This document shows positions 36,336-40,759 of a stretch of DNA of 40,759 bases, in pieces; the first letter of the stretch is position 1, and every line of letters starts with the position of its first letter. The stretch lies in IMG/VR virus record IMGVR_UViG_3300037484_000639, positions 1 to 40,759 of that record; one strand, 5' to 3'. Source of the DNA: a virus. Its lineage: Duplodnaviria > Caudoviricetes. The translations under genes and the position numbers were made by a program. The notes under the pieces were generated by a model. The model ran no database searches and was not told the DNA's origin. It worked only from the letters and a program-made list of their open reading frames with translations.

Positions 36336-37898
36336 ATGGAAATCGTAAAAATCAAAGAAATTACTGTTGAAAATCTTAAAGCTGTAAGCAGTTTTACAGC
36401 TTTTTTTGACGGTAAAAGTGCCCACGTAACAGGGGCAAATGGGATCGGAAAAAGTACCGTAATACGTACATTGACTGACAGGTTAAGAGGGTTGAAACCT
36501 TCTATAATTACCAAAATTGGCGAAAAAGAAGGCAAGACAGTTCTGGAATTAACGGACGGGTGTAGGTTTGAATGGAATTATAACAATTTAGGTAAAGACG
36601 AATTGAATTACTTTACCCCTGCGAGCTTAAAGCCTGTACGTAGGAACGTTTTTAAGCATATTTGCGGTCAATATTTCCCTAATCAGTTCGATATCAACAA
36701 GTTCTTAACAACTTCTGAACCAGCTAAGCGGCTCAAAATGATATCTGAACTTATAAATATAGATTTGACCGAAATACAGGCAAGGTATAAGGAGGTTTTT
36801 GATGCTCGCCGGGATGCGAAGCGAGATCTAAAAGTGTTGGAATCTCAGATCAGGCCAAAACCAGAACTGCCTATTTTTGAGAAATCAGATAATTTGGAAG
36901 CGGAGCAAAAGAAAATTGAAGATTTAAAATTTCAGATTTCAAGCAAAAAAGTAGGGATCGAACAGGAAAGAACAGCCCTTAACGAATTGTACTTGAAAAA
37001 CAAGGCTGCAAATGATGAACTTCAAAAAAAACACAATGAAGATTATCAATTGAAATTGAATGAGTGGTTTGAATCAGAAAAATCTATTAAAGAAGAAATT
37101 GAAGCTTATAACGAGATTCAAAATTCAAAAAAAATAATTCTTGAAGAAAATAACAATGTTTTAGAACATTTAATTCAGAATTACCAAGGTACTGACATTG
37201 GACACTTCATTGATTATGAGGGCATTGAAAATTACATAATTAGTTTGCCACAACCAACCGAATTGAAAGAATACATTCCAACGGCAAAACCTGAGCTCAC
37301 AAAATTAGAATTACCCGATCCGATGCCTGCATCTGATAACCTGAATGTTTTAAAATCAGAACTTGAAAAATTAGAATCAAGCTTGGAATTTGAGGTCAAT
37401 TTGCTTGAATCGCGAAAAGCTGAATTGAGCGAAATAAATAACGCCAAACAGGTGTACGAAATTCAGATGAAACAATATGCCGAATTCCAGAAGCAAGTTG
37501 AGGCACAACAAAAATCAGTATTTGATCTTGAACAGGAGGTTTCTAATGTTTTATCAGAAATCAAAGAAATTATTTCGGGCACCAAATTACCTGCTGAATT
37601 CTCAATTGACTTGACCGACAAGAATGATATTCTTTTCAAGCCTTCTGAAAATTCAGAATACTTGCCGATAACAAATGAAACCCTTGCCAGCTCTGCTATT
37701 TATATCGCAGCGTTCAAATTGCAGGCGAATTATCTTGAAGCATTTAGGGTCGCTCATTTCGACGTATCTTATTTGGATTTCGAAAATAGGCAAAAAGTCC
37801 TGAAAGAAGCTATTGCAATGAACATTCAGCTAATTACTGAAAGTCCTGCTATGGACGAAAGTTCGATGGAGCTTCAATGTAAGATAACAGAAGATTAA
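36336..37898 (+). CDS. SMC/Rad50-like coiled-coil ATPase (AAA_23-like)
   Basis: ITVENLKAV; Walker A GANGIGKST; long coiled coil; degenerate C-terminal lobe. Confidence 0.85.
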   Translation: MEIVKIKEITVENLKAVSSFTAFFDGKSAHVTGANGIGKSTVIRTLTDRLRGLKPSIITKIGEKEGKTVLELTDGCRFEWNYNNLGKDELNYFTPASLKPVRRNVFKHICGQYFPNQFDINKFLTTSEPAKRLKMISELINIDLTEIQARYKEVFDARRDAKRDLKVLESQIRPKPELPIFEKSDNLEAEQKKIEDLKFQISSKKVGIEQERTALNELYLKNKAANDELQKKHNEDYQLKLNEWFESEKSIKEEIEAYNEIQNSKKIILEENNNVLEHLIQNYQGTDIGHFIDYEGIENYIISLPQPTELKEYIPTAKPELTKLELPDPMPASDNLNVLKSELEKLESSLEFEVNLLESRKAELSEINNAKQVYEIQMKQYAEFQKQVEAQQKSVFDLEQEVSNVLSEIKEIISGTKLPAEFSIDLTDKNDILFKPSENSEYLPITNETLASSAIYIAAFKLQANYLEAFRVAHFDVSYLDFENRQKVLKEAIAMNIQLITESPAMDESSMELQCKITED

Positions 37899-37914
37899 TT
37901 AATTTCTAAACTCT

Positions 37915-37955
37915 GCCCGAATCAGTCAGCTCGCACCTGGCTTTTTCGGGCTTTT
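37915..37955 (+). terminator. Intrinsic terminator-like hairpin
   Basis: GCCCGAA...TTCGGGC followed by TTTT. Confidence 0.65.
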
Positions 37956-37967
37956 AATTTTAATTTA

Positions 37968-38357
37968 ATGAAAAATTTACAACTATCATTGAAAAGGAAA
38001 TGGTTTGAAATGACCAAATCAGGTGGAAAAACAGAAGATTATAGGGAAATAAATAGGTATTGGACTAAAAGATTTATTTATAATTTCAGGGATGTGTTAT
38101 TGCACACTGATAGAAAAATTATTGATTTTATTTCTGACGAAGATGCTTATAGATTTATTTTAAATCCGCGGTCAAATTATGGATTTAATCAGTTTAATTT
38201 GAACATTGTTACTTTAGGCTATCCAAAATCAACTAATTCAGAGCGTGTTTTAAAACTCGAACATAAAGGAATTGAAATCAGAACCGGAAATCAAGAATGG
38301 GGCGCCGAACCGGGTAAATTGTATTTTGTCATAAAGCACGGGTTTGTTTTAGAATAA
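37968..38357 (+). CDS. ASCH/PUA-like domain protein
   Basis: L.LSLKRKWFEM.KSG.KTEDYRE...W.KR; EWGAEPG..YFVIK.G. Confidence 0.8.
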   Translation: MKNLQLSLKRKWFEMTKSGGKTEDYREINRYWTKRFIYNFRDVLLHTDRKIIDFISDEDAYRFILNPRSNYGFNQFNLNIVTLGYPKSTNSERVLKLEHKGIEIRTGNQEWGAEPGKLYFVIKHGFVLE

Positions 38358-38425
38358 CTGATTATCACTAACTTCCATTTATTTTCCACTTATTTTGCAG
38401 TACACTATTGCACGTTACTTGTTTG

Positions 38426-38465
38426 GTGTTGTTATATTTGTTACATTTGTTATAGATTAATAATT
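38426..38465 (+). promoter_or_regulatory. Early promoter copy 2
   Basis: 39/40 identical to 33014..33053. Confidence 0.75.
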
Positions 38466-38514
38466 TAAAACTAAAATGGAGGGCTTATCATGAAGAGGTA
38501 ATTAAATTCCAGCG

Positions 38515-38547
38515 AAAAGCCCCGCCCTGAGACAACGGCGGGGTTTT
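38515..38547 (+). terminator. GC-rich hairpin in the leader of the exonuclease gene (possible attenuator)
   Basis: GCCCCGCC-10nt-GGCGGGGT followed by TTT. Confidence 0.6.
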
Positions 38548-38571
38548 GGAGTGAAAACTAATAAAAAAACA

Positions 38572-39489
38572 ATGGAAATAAAGCTAATAGAAAACTTATC
38601 GAACGACGAATATCATAACGGCGATAAGTACAAAGAGTATTGGAGTTCAAGTAATATAAAAAATTACTTGACAAGTCCAAAAGAGGCTTATTATCAGAAG
38701 TTTATAGCTGCCTCAAAAAGCAGTGATGCTTTTACGTTCGGGAACCAATTTCACGATTTCATGTCATCCAAACATATTAAAGGACAGCCGTTTCCGTGGA
38801 ATATATTTCAAGAACCTGTTAATACTTCAACAGGAGAGCCTTACGGAAAAACTACCAAGGTATATAAGGATTATTTGTCCAAAATAGAAAACCCCATATC
38901 TTCAAATGACATGGAGTTGATAACCGATATTTGGGACATGATGAAACGCTCAGGTTATTGCTGGTTTATTAAGAAAGAAGTCTTATCAAAAGGACTTGCA
39001 GAGCCGTCCATGTTAATTGACGGGCTTCATAAATACAAATACCGTACTGATGTTGTGACCGATAAGTATATTTTCGATTACAAAACAGTTGATAAAAGGA
39101 GTTGGAATTTAAGGGCGTTAAGTTACCGAATAACTGATTTCGCCTATGACATAAGTGCAGCCATGTACCAATACTTTGAACACCGACGCACTGGCATATG
39201 GAAACCTTTCCTAATAATATGGATAATGAAAGAGCCGCCTTTCGATATTCTGATTACAGATATTTCGGAATATTGTTATGAAAAAATTGGGGACAATGAA
39301 GCAATGGCCAATTCCGGGGCAAATGTTTTTCTGAAATTAAAGGATCAGCATGAAGCTTGTGAGGCTTCAAAAAATTGGCCGGGAATTTCAAATCAATTTG
39401 ACGAATTCGCAGGAGTTAGAATACCGAAACTTTCACCGCTTTTTGATCGCGGGTATAGTGAGTTCGAAATAGAAACTAATGAATTTTAA
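38572..39489 (+). CDS. RecE/exonuclease VIII-like PD-(D/E)XK nuclease (DUF3799-like)
   Basis: LSNDEYH...SSSNIK...FGNQFH...KYRTD...FDYKT...YDISAAMY; ATG at 38572. Confidence 0.85.
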   Translation: MEIKLIENLSNDEYHNGDKYKEYWSSSNIKNYLTSPKEAYYQKFIAASKSSDAFTFGNQFHDFMSSKHIKGQPFPWNIFQEPVNTSTGEPYGKTTKVYKDYLSKIENPISSNDMELITDIWDMMKRSGYCWFIKKEVLSKGLAEPSMLIDGLHKYKYRTDVVTDKYIFDYKTVDKRSWNLRALSYRITDFAYDISAAMYQYFEHRRTGIWKPFLIIWIMKEPPFDILITDISEYCYEKIGDNEAMANSGANVFLKLKDQHEACEASKNWPGISNQFDEFAGVRIPKLSPLFDRGYSEFEIETNEF

Positions 39490-39492
39490 ATT

Positions 39493-39849
39493 ATGGATCT
39501 AATAAGAAAATTAAAAAACAACGAGTTGATAACACAGGAAGATATTGGCTCATTTGAGAAAATCAACCAAATTACTTTTAAAAAAGTTGAAATCGCAGTG
39601 CTAAAGGCAACTGGGCTCACATACGAAGTATTAAGAAAAAGATGTCGAAAGCGTGAGATAGTCATGGCAAGGCAATTAATATGTTGTTTTTCTAAAATGC
39701 ACAGCTTAGGATCGTTAACACAAATAGGTCAGTTCATTGGCGGATATGACCACGCTACGGTATCGCATTCAATTAATGTCATTGATGATATGAAAAATAG
39801 TGATGCGCTCATTAAAAATTTTTACAACAAAATAATTGAAATATTATGA
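39493..39849 (+). CDS. DnaA C-terminal-like HTH protein
   Basis: RKREIVMARQ...SLTQIG...DHATVSHS. Confidence 0.85.
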   Translation: MDLIRKLKNNELITQEDIGSFEKINQITFKKVEIAVLKATGLTYEVLRKRCRKREIVMARQLICCFSKMHSLGSLTQIGQFIGGYDHATVSHSINVIDDMKNSDALIKNFYNKIIEIL

Positions 39850-40145
39850 TAAAAATACTCGAAGATCATTTTGTGGGTTTGGCAGATGTCCGTGGCTTTA
39901 TTTTTGAAAAAATAGCTTCATCAGATCAGGCAATATTGTACAAAGTATCAATTCCTGATACAAGTGCCCACTTTGAAGTATTCAAGCGAAAAAATACACC
40001 TGTGTGCATTGATTTTGAAAAACGTATTTATTCTGATACAGATTTCAAAGAAGTTTATCCGAAAACTAAAGATTTTGGCGTATGGGCATGGTGCATTTCA
40101 ACAAAAGAAAAAGCAGAAAAATTATATAACGAATTAAATAAATAA
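39846..40145 (+). CDS. Hypothetical protein
   Basis: ORF; YP...DFGVWAW. Confidence 0.7.
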   Translation: MIKILEDHFVGLADVRGFIFEKIASSDQAILYKVSIPDTSAHFEVFKRKNTPVCIDFEKRIYSDTDFKEVYPKTKDFGVWAWCISTKEKAEKLYNELNK

Positions 40146-40150
40146 ATAAC

Positions 40151-40759
40151 ATGGAAAAAATTAAAGGATTAAAAGCCTTTGAAAAGGGGCTAATATGCAA
40201 GGGTTTTCAATTTGCCGAAAACTCAGAATTTGAAATAAACGGCGATTTGAAAATTTGTGAAAATGGGTTTCATTTTTGTGAAAATCCGCTTGATGTGTTG
40301 AACTATTACGACTTAACAAGTTCTGAATTTGCGGAAGTTGAATCGATTGGCGAAATTCAGAAAGAAGATGATAAAACAGCTACAAGTAAAATTAAAATAG
40401 GATTTAAATTAGATTTGAAAGAATTTATTAAGGCTTCGTTTGATTTCTTGTGGGAAAAATTCAACGGTTCACAACTAGCAGCGTCAGGCGACGGTTCACA
40501 ACTAGCAGCGTCAGGCTACGGGTCAAAACTAGCAGCGTCAGGCTACGGTTCACAACTAGCAGCGTCAGGCGACGGTTCACAACTAGCAGCGTCAGGATAC
40601 AAGTCAAAACTAGCAGCGTCAGGCTACAAGTCAAAACTAGCAGCGTCAGGCGACGGTTCACAACTAGCAGCGTCAGGCTACGGTTCACAACTAGCAGCGT
40701 CAGGCTACGGTTCACAACTAGCAGCGTCAGGCGACGGTTCACAACTAGCAGCGTCAGGC
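40151..40759 (+). CDS. N-terminal part of the repeat protein (DUF7666-like N domain plus SQLAASG[D/Y]G repeats); continues at 1..616
   Basis: MEKIKGLKAFEKGLICKGFQF...CENGFHFCENPLDVLNYY...FAEVE...; open to the window end. Confidence 0.88.
   Translation, partial: MEKIKGLKAFEKGLICKGFQFAENSEFEINGDLKICENGFHFCENPLDVLNYYDLTSSEFAEVESIGEIQKEDDKTATSKIKIGFKLDLKEFIKASFDFLWEKFNGSQLAASGDGSQLAASGYGSKLAASGYGSQLAASGDGSQLAASGYKSKLAASGYKSKLAASGDGSQLAASGYGSQLAASGYGSQLAASGDGSQLAASG
40463..40759 (+). repeat. 27-bp coding tandem repeat
   Basis: Units at 40475, 40502 ... to the end. Confidence 0.95.

Larger units (their letters stand above)
1..40759. mobile_element. Complete or near-complete siphovirus-like phage genome, circular assembly, probable Bacteroidota host
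   Basis: Terminase, portal, capsid, Clp protease, tape measure, tail, replication and recombination genes are present with no host housekeeping genes. 1-127 is identical to 40633-40759 and an ORF reads through the junction. Confidence 0.92.

Noticed and set aside
853-37447. Numerous short minus-strand or alternate-frame ORFs inside long genes (e.g. 4524-4994, 13825-14259, 26311-26655, 36077-36535)
   Set aside because: They are largely or fully overlapped by well-supported + strand genes and carry no motifs.
39493-39849. Host dnaA or chromosomal flank
   Set aside because: Only the C-terminal HTH domain is present, embedded in the phage early operon.
40461-40742. Minus-strand 93-aa repeat ORF
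   Set aside because: It is an antisense shadow of the + strand repeat gene.
40151-40759. Diversity-generating retroelement acting on the repeats
   Set aside because: No reverse transcriptase, no TR/VR pair, and the variation is not adenine-specific.
40633-40759. Biological terminal repeat of the virion DNA
   Set aside because: It is exactly 127 bp and lies mid-gene inside a tandem array, so an assembler k-mer overlap explains it better.
1-40759. Stop-codon reassignment, tRNA or rRNA genes
   Set aside because: Core genes are intact under the standard code with all three stops in use, and no cloverleaf or rRNA-like sequence was recognised by eye.

Overview
The window is an apparently complete, circularly assembled, AT-rich tailed-phage genome. 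Bases 1-127 equal bases 40633-40759, giving a unique length of about 40,632 bp. A Bacteroidota host is inferred from many intergenic TAnnTTTG promoter elements and A-rich start regions lacking Shine-Dalgarno sequences. Early and recombination genes run on + from about 33 kb across the junction: AAA ATPase, ASCH, RecE-like PD-(D/E)XK nuclease, DnaA-C HTH, a 9-aa-repeat protein missed by the ORF track, and RecT. Replication follows (HNH, lambda-O-like initiator with iterons, T7gp4/Twinkle-like primase-helicase), then a cassette of three glycosyltransferase-like genes plus a methyltransferase. TerS/TerL precede a siphovirus-like structural module in unusual order: tail genes and tape measure, then Clp protease, capsid, major tail and portal. 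A short minus-strand cluster carries a Rha fragment and a C5 methyltransferase. I recognise no integrase, CI-type repressor, DNA polymerase or endolysin. The most notable items are the glycosylation cassette with a Thr-rich capsid insertion, seed/loop-complementary leader RNAs, antitoxin-like mini-proteins, the 22-copy repeat gene, a 22-bp palindrome flanked by IHF-like arms, a duplicated early promoter and a candidate -1 frameshift. All family calls come from motif recognition by eye, not from database searches.
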